Of a stretch of 54,082 bases of DNA, positions 1 through 10,166 are shown piece after piece. The position numbers and the translations under genes were made by a program. Source of the stretch: a virus. Its lineage: Duplodnaviria > Caudoviricetes. The DNA lies in IMG/VR virus record IMGVR_UViG_3300021962_000143, positions 1 to 54,082 of that record. One strand, 5' to 3'. The notes beneath the pieces are model-generated. The model made no database searches. It saw only the letters and a list, made by a program, of their open reading frames with translations, and was not told where the DNA came from. The number at the start of each line of letters is the position of its first letter. Position 1 is the stretch's first letter.

Positions 1-1
1 G

Positions 2-316
2 GCTAATACCCACGCACATACAGCGCTTGATAAGAGCAGTCATGACACTGCAATGTATCTTTCTACACACCTTCGCAATGAAGCTAGCGCAGCTGGATGG
101 CCTGACCACATCGTAAAGCGTATGCGGGTTCACTATCATGATGGTGAGTTTAAAATTGCCGCTCACCCAAAGCACACCAAGCAAATTCACGACTTGGAAT
201 ATGGCACTACAGATACTCGCCCAACTGCAGCTATGCGCCGTTTTTCTAACAATCTTTCTGAAGCTGAAGAGTTCTTTGTTGGACGCATGATGCATCATTT
301 AGGGGGTGAGCTATGA
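2..316 (+). CDS. Virion morphogenesis (neck/tail-completion-like) protein, 5' partial or starting at 53
   Basis: Frame is open from nt 2 through ATG 53 to TGA 316; stop overlaps the next start; lies upstream of tail genes. Confidence 0.45.
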   Translation, partial: ANTHAHTALDKSSHDTAMYLSTHLRNEASAAGWPDHIVKRMRVHYHDGEFKIAAHPKHTKQIHDLEYGTTDTRPTAAMRRFSNNLSEAEEFFVGRMMHHLGGEL

Positions 317-1203
317 CCTTTCTTCTTTCTGAGGACGAGGCTTTACGCAACCTTCTTTTAGGTATGACCGTAGCTGACCAAAAAGCTACTGCTGATTCCC
401 TAAAGACAGTTACTAATAAGTCTTTAACCTCAAATGTAGCTACCTTAACTACCTCTGCAGCACATGGATTTGCAGTTGGTGACTCTATTACAGTAACGGG
501 TGTTGGAGCTCCATTCAATGGGTCTTTTATAGTGACTGCAGTTCCTACACCAACCACTGTGCGATACGCAAAAACAAACACGGATATTACAAGTACGGTT
601 GCTACAGGTACCGTTACAAACGGTGTGCTTCGTAAAGTCAGCGTTTACTTTGGTCAACCTGACCAAGAAATTCGTGAGCAGTCATACCCTTACATAACCA
701 TTGACATGATTGATATTTCAGAAGACCCAGCACGAGCACACCGTGGTTTAACAAAACCTTCCTATCTTCCAGACCCAGCAACTGATAAATCAGGCAACTC
801 GGTCTATGACGAACAAACCGATAGCTGGTATATACACTGGCCTATCCCAGTAAATATTGATTACCAAGTCACTACATACTCTCGTCAACCACGACATGAC
901 CGTCAAATACTAGGTCAAATGCTAAGCAATAAGATTCCAATGCGGTTTGCTGTATTGGAGCCAGATGACGGAACAGTTCGTCGTTTGGACCTTCTGGACG
1001 TTTCAAAGCGAGACGTTACAGAACAAGGAAAGCGTTTGTTTGTAAACGCTTTTACTGTGAGAGTCTCATCCGAGATTTCATCACAGACCTACACTCAAGT
1101 GTATAAAACGTTACAAGTTATCGGTACTGGCACGCCTGGAGAGTTTGTTCAAGGACAAACTTCTTATCCATTTACTGCCGTTGATTCGTGGACTAATCCG
1201 TAA
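313..1203 (+). CDS. Tail terminator/sheath-stabiliser-like protein with an inserted beta-barrel (FCCH-like) domain
   Basis: Directly upstream of sheath; core segments VYFGQPDQEIREQSYPYITID and NIDYQVTTYSR; Thr-rich insert TTSAAHGFAVGDSITVTG. Confidence 0.6.
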   Translation: MTFLLSEDEALRNLLLGMTVADQKATADSLKTVTNKSLTSNVATLTTSAAHGFAVGDSITVTGVGAPFNGSFIVTAVPTPTTVRYAKTNTDITSTVATGTVTNGVLRKVSVYFGQPDQEIREQSYPYITIDMIDISEDPARAHRGLTKPSYLPDPATDKSGNSVYDEQTDSWYIHWPIPVNIDYQVTTYSRQPRHDRQILGQMLSNKIPMRFAVLEPDDGTVRRLDLLDVSKRDVTEQGKRLFVNAFTVRVSSEISSQTYTQVYKTLQVIGTGTPGEFVQGQTSYPFTAVDSWTNP

Positions 1204-1241
1204 TAATCAGGAACCCCTACCCAACTAGTTAGGAGAAAACA

Positions 1242-2804
1242 ATGGCTTATAGCCGTCCAGGTGTTTACATTACAGAACGCCTACTACCAGCACCTATTGG
1301 AGCTGGAGCTTCCGCTAACGCTGCAGGAGCAATTGCTGCACCGTTTGCTCAAGGTCCAGAGTCCGTAACTCTTGTCACTTCTTGGTATGAATTTACTAAG
1401 TATTTTGGTGGCTACAACTCAACATACCCATCTACTTTTGGAGTTGCTCAATTCTTCAACAACGGTGGTCGTGAACTTTACGTGAAGCGTATCCTTTCAT
1501 CAAACGCATCTTACGCAGCAGTAACAGTTTCAACTGCTGGTTCTGTAGCGGTGTTTACTGCTACAGCAAAAAACCGTGGAGCAGATGGAACTAACCTTCG
1601 TGTACAAGTTACTGCAGGAACAGTTGCAGATACTTACACTCTAACGTTGTACAAGGAAACTGTTTCAGGAACAGCTCAGAATATTGCAAACGACTATCTT
1701 CTTGAGCGTTATGAAAACATTGTCTTTGACCCAACCTTCTCTTCATCGTCAGATTACGCTAACACAGTAATTAACACGATGTCTTCTTACATCACAATCA
1801 GCAACAACGCTGCGGGTGTACCTGCTACAGGTATCTACCCACTTACAGTTAGCGGTTCACCAGTAAACGGTGGAGACGGTTCAACTGTTGTTGCAGCTGA
1901 CTACACCTCTTACCAGGGTACTTCAGGACTGTCTGTTTGGGATTCATTCCTATCCGTAAACCGTCCTTTGGTTTTATTTACACCAAACATCTACTCAGTA
2001 ATTCCTACCTCAACTGCAACCGTTACTGCTGGAGCTTCTGCTTGGGCTGAAGCAAACAACGGATTCTACGTTGCAGAAACAGCTGCTGGACTAACTGTTG
2101 ATGCAGCTATTGCTGTAGCACAAGCCCTTAGCGGTAAGAGCTCAACAGCAATGTACTACCCACACGGTTACATTTCAGACCCAGTTGGTCGTGGCAATGG
2201 TGCACTTCGCCTTGTTGGACCGTCAGGAGCTATGGCTGGAAAGTACCTTTCAGTTGACGCAACTCAGGGAGTGTTTAAAGCTCCTGCAGGTTTGCGTACT
2301 CCAGTTGCTGGTTTTGTTGCATTAGAGCGTAGCTTTACAACAACAGAGCTAGACAACATGAACAAAGGTTTGCCATCAACAGGAACAGGTTCAGTGGCTC
2401 CACTAAACCCTCTTCGTCAGATTCCTGGCGCAGGTATTGTTCCTATGGGTGCTCGCACTCTTCTACAAGATGGAACTGCAAATCGTTATGTAAACATGCG
2501 TCGTTCTTTGATTTACATCAAGGCACGTCTAAAGGCAATGACAGAGTTTGCTATCTTTGAAAACAACGATGAAAAGTTGTGGGGAAATATCAACTCTGTA
2601 ATTGATTCTTTCCTAAACGAGTATCGCAACCAGGGAGGACTTCGTGGAACAACTCCAGCAGAGTCCTACTTCATCAAGTGCGATGCTGAAAACAACCCTG
2701 CAAACTTAATTGCGCAGGGCGAAGTACACATCCAAGTTGGCGTGGCTTTGCAGTATCCTGCAGAGTTCATCGTCATTGACCTCAGCCAAAAGTCGCTGAA
2801 CTAA
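1242..2804 (+). CDS. Contractile tail sheath protein
   Basis: N-terminal YSRPGVYITE, FFNNGG, GVFKAPAG, GARTL, RYVNMRR, FENNDEKLW, YFIKCDAENN, PAEFI; SD AGGAG. Confidence 0.97.
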   Translation: MAYSRPGVYITERLLPAPIGAGASANAAGAIAAPFAQGPESVTLVTSWYEFTKYFGGYNSTYPSTFGVAQFFNNGGRELYVKRILSSNASYAAVTVSTAGSVAVFTATAKNRGADGTNLRVQVTAGTVADTYTLTLYKETVSGTAQNIANDYLLERYENIVFDPTFSSSSDYANTVINTMSSYITISNNAAGVPATGIYPLTVSGSPVNGGDGSTVVAADYTSYQGTSGLSVWDSFLSVNRPLVLFTPNIYSVIPTSTATVTAGASAWAEANNGFYVAETAAGLTVDAAIAVAQALSGKSSTAMYYPHGYISDPVGRGNGALRLVGPSGAMAGKYLSVDATQGVFKAPAGLRTPVAGFVALERSFTTTELDNMNKGLPSTGTGSVAPLNPLRQIPGAGIVPMGARTLLQDGTANRYVNMRRSLIYIKARLKAMTEFAIFENNDEKLWGNINSVIDSFLNEYRNQGGLRGTTPAESYFIKCDAENNPANLIAQGEVHIQVGVALQYPAEFIVIDLSQKSLN

Positions 2805-2823
2805 CCAAAGGAGATAACTAACT

Positions 2824-3462
2824 ATGGCTATAGTTAACAATCGCTCAAACCTGAAGACAGACCCATTACGTAACTTTAGGTTCTTGGTTACGTTCAAGTC
2901 TCTTTCAGGAACAGACATAACCTCTAGTACAGCAACAGCAAACCTTGCTTCTGCAACTATGGGCTTTACATCAGTGTCAGGAATGGCTGTTACAACAGAC
3001 TCTATTCCTTACCGTGAAGGTGGTTACAACACTACTGTTCACCAGATTCCAGGGCAAACAACATTTGCTCCTATTACACTACAACGTGGCGTAATGCTAG
3101 GCTCTAGCGAAAACTGGGCTTGGATGCGTAACTTGTTTGCTACTGTTCAAGGTGGAGGAACAAACCGCAGTGTTGCTGAAAACTTCCGTATGGATTTAGA
3201 ACTTAAGGTTCTTTCTCACCCAATTCCTGGCGTTGGAGGAGAATCTACAGGAGTTTCAACAACCACCAAAGACCACGTAGCTATGCGTTTTAACGTGTAC
3301 AACTGCTGGCCTACTTCGGTCGCATACTCTGACCTCAACGCAGGCGACAATGCTCTATTCGTAGAGCAAATGACGCTTGTTCACGAAGGGTTTGATGTCA
3401 ACTGGGCAGCAGACCTTTCAACAGATGCATCTGCAGTTTATGGCGTAGCAGCAACAAAGTAA
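2824..3462 (+). CDS. Tail tube protein (T4 gp19-like)
   Basis: DPLRNFRF, GFTSVSG, YREGG, PGQTTFAPITLQRG, NCWP, DLNA, LVHEG; follows sheath. Confidence 0.95.
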   Translation: MAIVNNRSNLKTDPLRNFRFLVTFKSLSGTDITSSTATANLASATMGFTSVSGMAVTTDSIPYREGGYNTTVHQIPGQTTFAPITLQRGVMLGSSENWAWMRNLFATVQGGGTNRSVAENFRMDLELKVLSHPIPGVGGESTGVSTTTKDHVAMRFNVYNCWPTSVAYSDLNAGDNALFVEQMTLVHEGFDVNWAADLSTDASAVYGVAATK

Positions 3463-3479
3463 TCTAACAAAGGAAAAAA

Positions 3480-4292
3480 ATGACGAATACAATTAATGCA
3501 GCGGCTAATCCCGCAATGGCTAACAACATTCTAAATCAAGTCATGAACGAACGACCTGAAAACGATTTCAATCCTGAAATCAAATCTCCTTTGGAAAATA
3601 CGGTAGACCTTCCTGGCGGGTACATCACACCCGCTGGGGAGGTGCTCCGTTTAGCAGAGGTAAGAGAACTAAACGGAAGAGACGAAGAAGCAATCTCCAA
3701 AGCATCTAGTATTGGAAAAGCTCTTCTAACCATCCTTCAACGTGGAACAGTAAAGGTAGGAGAAATTCCAGCTAGCGAAGATGTCTTTAACGGACTTTTA
3801 GCAGGAGACTTGGATGCTCTTCTTCTAGGAATTATCAAAGCAACGTTTGGTAATGAAATTGATATTCCATCTTACTGCTTAAAGTGCGAAGACTACAAAA
3901 CTGTAACAGTAGACTTAACTGAAGATATTAAGTTTAAAGTTTTAGCAGACCCTATTAATGACCGTGTGTTTACAGTTAAAGGAAGAAAGAATGAATACAC
4001 AGTTCGGCTTCCCTCTGGTATAACACAGAAAGCTTTAATCAACAGCGTTGATAAGACTGAAGCAGAACAGACAACTGTACTTCTTGAAAACACCGTCATT
4101 AAGATTAACAACGACCCAGTCTACAGCGTTGTTCAAGTTCAAAACTTAGGCCTAGTAGACAGAAAAAAGATTGTAGAACAGATTAGCGCAAGAGTACCTG
4201 GACCTCAGTTTACTGACATTACAGTTACTTGCCCTGATTGCGAAGGCGAGGTAACGGTCTCCATTAATTTGGGAACCTTGTTTCGCTTGTAG
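3480..4292 (+). CDS. Tail assembly chaperone / baseplate hub assembly protein (gp26-like), two CxxC pairs
   Basis: VRELNGRDEE, GDLDALLLGI..ATFG, CLKC, CPDC; lies between tube and tape measure. Confidence 0.8.
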   Translation: MTNTINAAANPAMANNILNQVMNERPENDFNPEIKSPLENTVDLPGGYITPAGEVLRLAEVRELNGRDEEAISKASSIGKALLTILQRGTVKVGEIPASEDVFNGLLAGDLDALLLGIIKATFGNEIDIPSYCLKCEDYKTVTVDLTEDIKFKVLADPINDRVFTVKGRKNEYTVRLPSGITQKALINSVDKTEAEQTTVLLENTVIKINNDPVYSVVQVQNLGLVDRKKIVEQISARVPGPQFTDITVTCPDCEGEVTVSINLGTLFRL

Positions 4293-4452
4293 TTACACCA
4301 CTTACCTGGAACTTTTTTCAGAGTGGGCAGCTATATCTGATATGCATAAAGGATGGACACTATCTGACATAAAGGACATGTCAGTAAGAGAAAGACGCAA
4401 TTGGCTAGAACTAGCCAAAGCAAAGTTAGAAAGGATGAGTAATGGCGTTTAA
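4282..4452 (+). CDS. Tail chaperone extension (gp51/'T'-like), probably expressed by frameshift; not in ORF track
   Basis: +1 frame open 4255-4452 reads FACSYTTYLELFSEWAAISDMHKGWTLSDIKDMSVRERRNWLELAKAKLERMSNGV. Confidence 0.7.
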   Translation, partial: FACSYTTYLELFSEWAAISDMHKGWTLSDIKDMSVRERRNWLELAKAKLERMSNGV

Positions 4453-7228
4453 CTTTATGGGAAACGTAAAAAGCCTTACCTCTAATGTTGCGTCCCTTAA
4501 AAAGGAACTCTCTGGTGTCTATGACATTTTAAAACAAATAAAGGGCATTGGACCAACCGCATTTGGTGATGTAAACGCAACAATTGCTAATGGCGGTCAA
4601 TTTGGGAATGGTGCTGGAACACCGCTATTTAGTAAAACACAAATTGCTAATCCAAAAGCTAATTTTGGAAATCAGCAAAACCGTGTTTCAGCATCTCTTC
4701 CTCAGTCTGCAGCTCAACAGACCAACTACTCCCGTACTTCATCAGCGATTGAGACGCAATACCTATCAATGGGAATGCGTTCAGCAAAGTTTGGGATTGC
4801 GCAAGGAGTTGCAGCAACGGCTGTAAACGCTATAGGCGGAGTAGCAAGTCTTCTACCTAACCTTGGAACAGTTTCTCAAAGAGCTGGAAGTTTCTATGGT
4901 TCTTCAGCTATGTTTGGCGGCACTAACCGAACACAGAACCAACTGAATACGATGGCTGCAATGAAGGGCGGCATCACAGGCCCTATGGGTACTGCTGAAG
5001 CTTTTGGAACTCTTGTTAATTACAGTTTTATGCCTGGCAGTGCAAATATGCAAATGGGTCTTGGGCAAGTTAGTGCTGCTGCAAAAGCTTTAAACATGGA
5101 TAACGCAACTGCAGCAAATGCTGTTGGAGCATTGTCTACTGGAAGTATGGGAGCTCAGCTCTTCCAGTACGGTATTCGTCAGTACGACGAAAACATGAAC
5201 TTGCGTACTCCTGGACAGATTTCAAAAGACATTTTGCAACGTGTGTTTTATCCAGGGCAAGATGTAACTAAAATTGGTGCCAAGCAATTTGCTAGCGACG
5301 CCATGGGAAAGAACCTTGACTATCAGCTATCCACAATGGGCATAACAGGTGAAACAGCAACCTTAGTTAAAGCTTCAATGGGAAGAGTTGTTACAGGTCA
5401 GAATCCTGACCTGACATCAGTAGACACCTCTAAGAACCCTATTAACTACGCATTAAAGATTGCTAGTTCTGAGGAAAGCTTAGCTCAAGCTTCTGAAAAA
5501 GGATTAATTGCTGGAGCAAACACTGCCGCTAGTGCAATTGAGAGTCTTAACAAAGCGCTGGAAGGTACACCTGAACTTATCCTTCAAATGAAGGGTGCGA
5601 TGCAAGGATTCAATGGCGGTAAGCCAGGTGTTGGCTCAGCTATTGGCGGAGTTGTAAGTAGCCTAGGTAACATTGCTCAAGGTGTTTTAACCTATAAAGC
5701 TTTATCTGCACTGGGTGGAGGTAAGGGACTTGCTGGAGCTACAAAACTTGGTGGTAAAGCTTTATCAACCGTAGCAAAAGGCGGTGTAGTTGGAACCGCT
5801 GCTGCGCTAGGTGGAGAAGCAATAAAGAGCGGAGCAGAAAAAGGAAGCTTTAGAAGCCGTGCAGGAAACGCTGCTAAGTGGGGTGGAGCTGCTTTTACTG
5901 CAACGGCTCTTTTTAACGCAATCCCTGTTGGCGGACAGATTGCATCTGGTACAACAACCGCAATTGCTGCAGGTTTAGGATTCTTACTTGGTGGACCAAA
6001 CGATGGATTTACATACTCTGTAGGAGGTCTATCACAAGGCGTTGTAAACCCATCGTCAATGAGCGGTGCAAGCTCTCAACCAATGACCATGCCAAACCCA
6101 GCACTTGCTATGTCAGCTACCTCAACTTCCGCCTTAACTGGAGCTGGTTATGGAGCAAAAGACACTGCAATGACAACCATGACTGGAGCAGTTAACTACC
6201 ACACAGGGCAAGACACCCCTATGGACCCTGGCACTCCAATACATGCTCGTTTTGCTGGAAAAGTTGTAGACAAGAATTTAAGTCGTGATTTAGGTATCGC
6301 AGTTGAAATTGACCATGGAGACGGTTACTCCTCTATCTACGGTCACTTAAACGAAAAGTCTGTTCGTACTGGTCAGACCGTAAAGGTAGGAGACCTTATT
6401 GGAAAGTCTGGCGCTACTGGACGAGTTCGTGGGCCTCACCTTCACTTTGAACTTCGTAAAGGTAAGGTACCAGTTGACCCTAAGACCTATAATCCTTATA
6501 GCAGTAAAAACAAAGATAAGTCTTCTAGCTCTTCTAACTCTTCGGATTCAATTACTCCAGCAAATGTAAACGCAGGAGTAAAGGCAAACGCTAAAGAGCT
6601 TCATGCTTGGTTAGTATCCCAAGGACTTAGTTCTAACGGTGCCACTGGAGTTATCGCTAACTTAATCGCTGAATCTGGACTTAAGACATACAATCCAGGA
6701 GATGGTGGAACCTCTAATGGGATTGCACAATGGCACGACACTTCACCAGGTAAAGGTAGACTTACAAACTTAAAGAAATTTGCAAAGTCTAAAAACTTAG
6801 ACCCTTTTAGCCTTGAAGCTCAAAAAATGTTTTTGCTTAAAGAAATGAAAACCTATGGGTCAATGATGAAGCAGCTTCAAGACCCTAAAATAAAGGTGTT
6901 AGATGCTACTGCTTTATTTATGCGCAAGTTTGAAAGGCCAAAAGACCAAAGCGATGCAGCAGCACAGCGTAGAGCTAGCTTAGGCCTTGGAGCTATAGAG
7001 GGAGGACCTACGGATGGATTCAACACAAACGTAAGTGTTGCAAATCCTAGTTCTCCAGTTTCCGCTCAATTGCCACAACAATCTGTTGCAGCTAACGGCG
7101 GAACAAACAATGTATATGTAACGTTGCAAATTCAACAAGCAAACCAACAAGAAGCAGAAGCTTTTGCTAAAACAATAAAGAAGTATCTTGAACAAGGTAA
7201 CGATGTCTATCAGATGGGGAGAAAGTAA
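4442..7228 (+). CDS. Tape measure protein with M23 peptidase and phage tail lysozyme domains
   Basis: Ala/Gly-rich helical N-half; M23 motifs HTGQD, YGHL, GPHLHFE; lysozyme motifs GVIANLIAESGL, GIAQW, FERP. Confidence 0.9.
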   Translation: MAFNFMGNVKSLTSNVASLKKELSGVYDILKQIKGIGPTAFGDVNATIANGGQFGNGAGTPLFSKTQIANPKANFGNQQNRVSASLPQSAAQQTNYSRTSSAIETQYLSMGMRSAKFGIAQGVAATAVNAIGGVASLLPNLGTVSQRAGSFYGSSAMFGGTNRTQNQLNTMAAMKGGITGPMGTAEAFGTLVNYSFMPGSANMQMGLGQVSAAAKALNMDNATAANAVGALSTGSMGAQLFQYGIRQYDENMNLRTPGQISKDILQRVFYPGQDVTKIGAKQFASDAMGKNLDYQLSTMGITGETATLVKASMGRVVTGQNPDLTSVDTSKNPINYALKIASSEESLAQASEKGLIAGANTAASAIESLNKALEGTPELILQMKGAMQGFNGGKPGVGSAIGGVVSSLGNIAQGVLTYKALSALGGGKGLAGATKLGGKALSTVAKGGVVGTAAALGGEAIKSGAEKGSFRSRAGNAAKWGGAAFTATALFNAIPVGGQIASGTTTAIAAGLGFLLGGPNDGFTYSVGGLSQGVVNPSSMSGASSQPMTMPNPALAMSATSTSALTGAGYGAKDTAMTTMTGAVNYHTGQDTPMDPGTPIHARFAGKVVDKNLSRDLGIAVEIDHGDGYSSIYGHLNEKSVRTGQTVKVGDLIGKSGATGRVRGPHLHFELRKGKVPVDPKTYNPYSSKNKDKSSSSSNSSDSITPANVNAGVKANAKELHAWLVSQGLSSNGATGVIANLIAESGLKTYNPGDGGTSNGIAQWHDTSPGKGRLTNLKKFAKSKNLDPFSLEAQKMFLLKEMKTYGSMMKQLQDPKIKVLDATALFMRKFERPKDQSDAAAQRRASLGLGAIEGGPTDGFNTNVSVANPSSPVSAQLPQQSVAANGGTNNVYVTLQIQQANQQEAEAFAKTIKKYLEQGNDVYQMGRK

Positions 7229-8634
7229 TGGTTTATAAGCCGCCCGTTAGCCCAGCAGCAAACACACGCCCAGATGACAAGTTTTTAGCAGCGCAACAAG
7301 AAAAGCTTAATCTTGCTGCAGCTAAAGAAAAGTTTAAAACAGAAACAAACAAAAAAATTGCATCCAACAAAGAAAAGATTACAGAGTACACAGATACAAT
7401 TTCAAGGTATACGAAATCTGGCCTGCAAAGAGAAGCCGAATACATGGCCTATTACCAAAAACTTATTAACGAAAATCCAAATGCGTCAACTAAGGATAAA
7501 GCTGGTTGGGTTGCTGCGTACAAAACAGCGTCTGATAATTGGAAGTCTTGGAAATCAAAAATTGATTCACTGGTAACAAAGAAGTCATCTCTTGTAAAAG
7601 AAAACGAAAAACTAAGAAATAGCTTGAAAGCTGGTTACAAACCTCCTTCTGCTCCTCCTGCTCCACCAGCACCTCCTCCTGCTCCACCAGCTGAAACGCT
7701 TGTGTATAAGTACAACATACCAATGTTGCGTAGTGCATACCACAGTCCATTCGGCATACAAGCAAACTCAACTAGTGACTCAAAATCTGTAGCTGCTCCT
7801 GAGTTTACAAATGCTAGGGAAGCTTGGAAAGGCGTAACGCCTTCTAAGGGCACGATTCAGATGAGCAAAGTGTTTGCTGCAAATGCAATGAAACCTAAAT
7901 CAACAAAAGGATTAATAAGGTCTGAACAACCTTATGGGTTTAGGTTTATGTACAACCCTACAGACGTATCTATGGCGTGGGGAATTGTTGATGCTTTCTC
8001 ACCTGAATACGTACAAAGCGGTATGGATGGAATGTCAGGAATTGCAGTAGGTCTTATGAAAGGAACTATTTCTTTTTCTTTACTACTCAATCGCATTGGT
8101 GAGTCCAACGTATTAGATTCCGAAGGTTACTACCAAGGTGTTTTTGCAGATATTGGTATAGACAACTTAAATGATTCAACCGCTTACATTGCTGGTCGTT
8201 ACGGGATTAACAGCGGGCTATCTGCGCCTCAAAATTATGGTCAGGTAAGTAGCCCTTGGGGTATGGCTGGTGAACCAGATAGAGAAGAACGCAAAATGAT
8301 TTATGACCGTGGAACTATGTATGATTTAGAGTACCTATTTAGAGCAATGGGCGGGTACTACGCTGACTACAAATCAGGATTAAATGGAACAACAGCAGAT
8401 AGAGGTTGGCTACAGCCAATTCCTATGGAACTTCATCTAGGAGCTGGTTTACGGTACTTGGTTCGTGTGTCTTCTTTAGACGTAAAGCACCTTATGTTTA
8501 ACGAACGAATGGTTCCAACTCTTTCAACTGTTAACTTAGTTTGCACTAGATACTATGATTCTCCAGATGCGTTTGACACTACTTTCTATGAACCAGAAAG
8601 TAAACCTACTACAACACCAACAGCTATAAAGTAA
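7228..8634 (+). CDS. Baseplate/tube initiator-like protein with N-terminal coiled coil and Pro-rich linker
   Basis: Follows TMP; FRFMYNPTDVS, ISFSLLLNR, RGTMYDLEYL, FNERMVP. Confidence 0.65.
   Translation: MVYKPPVSPAANTRPDDKFLAAQQEKLNLAAAKEKFKTETNKKIASNKEKITEYTDTISRYTKSGLQREAEYMAYYQKLINENPNASTKDKAGWVAAYKTASDNWKSWKSKIDSLVTKKSSLVKENEKLRNSLKAGYKPPSAPPAPPAPPPAPPAETLVYKYNIPMLRSAYHSPFGIQANSTSDSKSVAAPEFTNAREAWKGVTPSKGTIQMSKVFAANAMKPKSTKGLIRSEQPYGFRFMYNPTDVSMAWGIVDAFSPEYVQSGMDGMSGIAVGLMKGTISFSLLLNRIGESNVLDSEGYYQGVFADIGIDNLNDSTAYIAGRYGINSGLSAPQNYGQVSSPWGMAGEPDREERKMIYDRGTMYDLEYLFRAMGGYYADYKSGLNGTTADRGWLQPIPMELHLGAGLRYLVRVSSLDVKHLMFNERMVPTLSTVNLVCTRYYDSPDAFDTTFYEPESKPTTTPTAIK
7641..7692 (+). repeat. 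In-frame Pro/Ala repeat (PPSAPPAPPAPPPAPPA)
   Basis: Repeated cctcctgct/ccaccagca units. Confidence 0.8.
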
Positions 8635-8644
8635 GGGGTAATAG

Positions 8645-8920
8645 ATGATATTTTTAGATAGCCGTTATGCAGACGCAAATATTTACAAAGCTTGGGATGC
8701 TAGAAAAAATCAGTACAACTTAACTGCAACTAGAACTTGGCCTACGTACCGAACAAAATACTTTATGTACGAATGGGTTGAGAACGATAGGTTAGATAAC
8801 CTTGCAAATAAGTTTTTATATAACCCAAACTTGTGGTATAAAATCTTAGACATAAACCCAGAAATTATTGACCCAACAATCATTGCTCCTGGAACACAGA
8901 TACGGATACCAAATGCGTGA
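8645..8920 (+). CDS. LysM-like/tail X baseplate protein
   Basis: DSRY, DRLDNLANKFL..PNLWYKILDINPEIIDP..I.PGTQIRIP. Confidence 0.85.
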   Translation: MIFLDSRYADANIYKAWDARKNQYNLTATRTWPTYRTKYFMYEWVENDRLDNLANKFLYNPNLWYKILDINPEIIDPTIIAPGTQIRIPNA

Positions 8921-10166
8921 CCCCGAAATCCAAAATAGGTATGGAAATACTTTTCAAGTAGTTTTTCCTGACTTTCCAGGGTTTGTACAGCCTCCATACT
9001 CTATAACACTTACACAGCATGTTGGGCATCACGACGTTGTTGAGTTGTTTTACAATATGTACAGCACTAACTATGTTAAAACTTTAGCTACAGGTGTTGC
9101 CGTACAAGTAAATTGGGCTAACGATAATGTGGCTGAAACTTTTATTGGGTATGTTTCAGACGTAAAGTACCCAACAACTTCTGCTATTCAAAAACATTTA
9201 AAAGTAGTGTTAATGGGTGCGTCATACCCGCTAAGAGAAAAAGTACACAAGATATGGAAAAACGTAACTGCAAGTGAGGCTGCAACTGAGATTGCTAAAG
9301 CCAATAACTTAAAGCCAGTAGTTACTCAATCAGACATCAGACTTCCACAAATTTCTTTTACAGGGCACTCTCAATGGCAAAAACTGCAAGAGCTTGCTAA
9401 ACGAGTTGGGTTTGCTTGTCAGGTACGAGGGGTAGAACTTCATTTTCACCCTATTGATGTAATGATAGACAAATCAATAACTGTTATGCCTGTCATGTCA
9501 TTCTTAGACCCTACTGTAAACCCAATGAACCAGTTTGCATCTCAGACCCTTGATGGGTTTGAAACAGTGCAGACTGACGCTGGAAGTTTTAATGGCAATG
9601 ATAGAGCTACAAAAGTAGTAGGTGGTGTTGACCCTATAACAGGAAAAATGTACAAGACAACCTCCTCACCAAAAACTGTAGGAAAAAACTTACGACAAAA
9701 AACAAAAGACCCTCTTTTCTTTGACATAGACACAAGCGTGGTGGTTACTGATGGATTAACTGCTCAAAGTTTGTCTAATGCAAAAGCAAACTTGTCAAGG
9801 CTATCTGTTCCTGGGTATGGGTTTGGACAAGGTGACCCAAGAATAGCTCCTTGGAGAACAGTTGAGATTCGTGGAACTGGTGAATCAAGTGATGGCTATT
9901 GGGTAGTCACTAAGGCAGTACACACAATGAATGCCGATGGCAAATACACCATGGAGTTTAACTGCGCAACGGACGGAAGTGGAGCCAATCTTACCTCAGC
10001 TGTGCGTCCCTCTAATGCTGGCTCAGTTCCTACAGTAGACTTAAACGATGCCATTACAACAGGTGCAAACCTAGTCACCCGTTATAAACTTAGTGACACA
10101 CAACCGATGATAAGCCAAAGTTCAACAGGATATAAAATTCTTCCAAGAAGGTGGGTAGCAGCATAA
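8913..10166 (+). CDS. Baseplate hub protein (gp27/late control D-like)
   Basis: FIGYV, IWKNVTASEAATEIA, QWQKLQELAKRVGF, GDPRI.P, GYWVV; ATG 8913 overlaps the previous gene. Confidence 0.85.
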   Translation: MRDPEIQNRYGNTFQVVFPDFPGFVQPPYSITLTQHVGHHDVVELFYNMYSTNYVKTLATGVAVQVNWANDNVAETFIGYVSDVKYPTTSAIQKHLKVVLMGASYPLREKVHKIWKNVTASEAATEIAKANNLKPVVTQSDIRLPQISFTGHSQWQKLQELAKRVGFACQVRGVELHFHPIDVMIDKSITVMPVMSFLDPTVNPMNQFASQTLDGFETVQTDAGSFNGNDRATKVVGGVDPITGKMYKTTSSPKTVGKNLRQKTKDPLFFDIDTSVVVTDGLTAQSLSNAKANLSRLSVPGYGFGQGDPRIAPWRTVEIRGTGESSDGYWVVTKAVHTMNADGKYTMEFNCATDGSGANLTSAVRPSNAGSVPTVDLNDAITTGANLVTRYKLSDTQPMISQSSTGYKILPRRWVAA

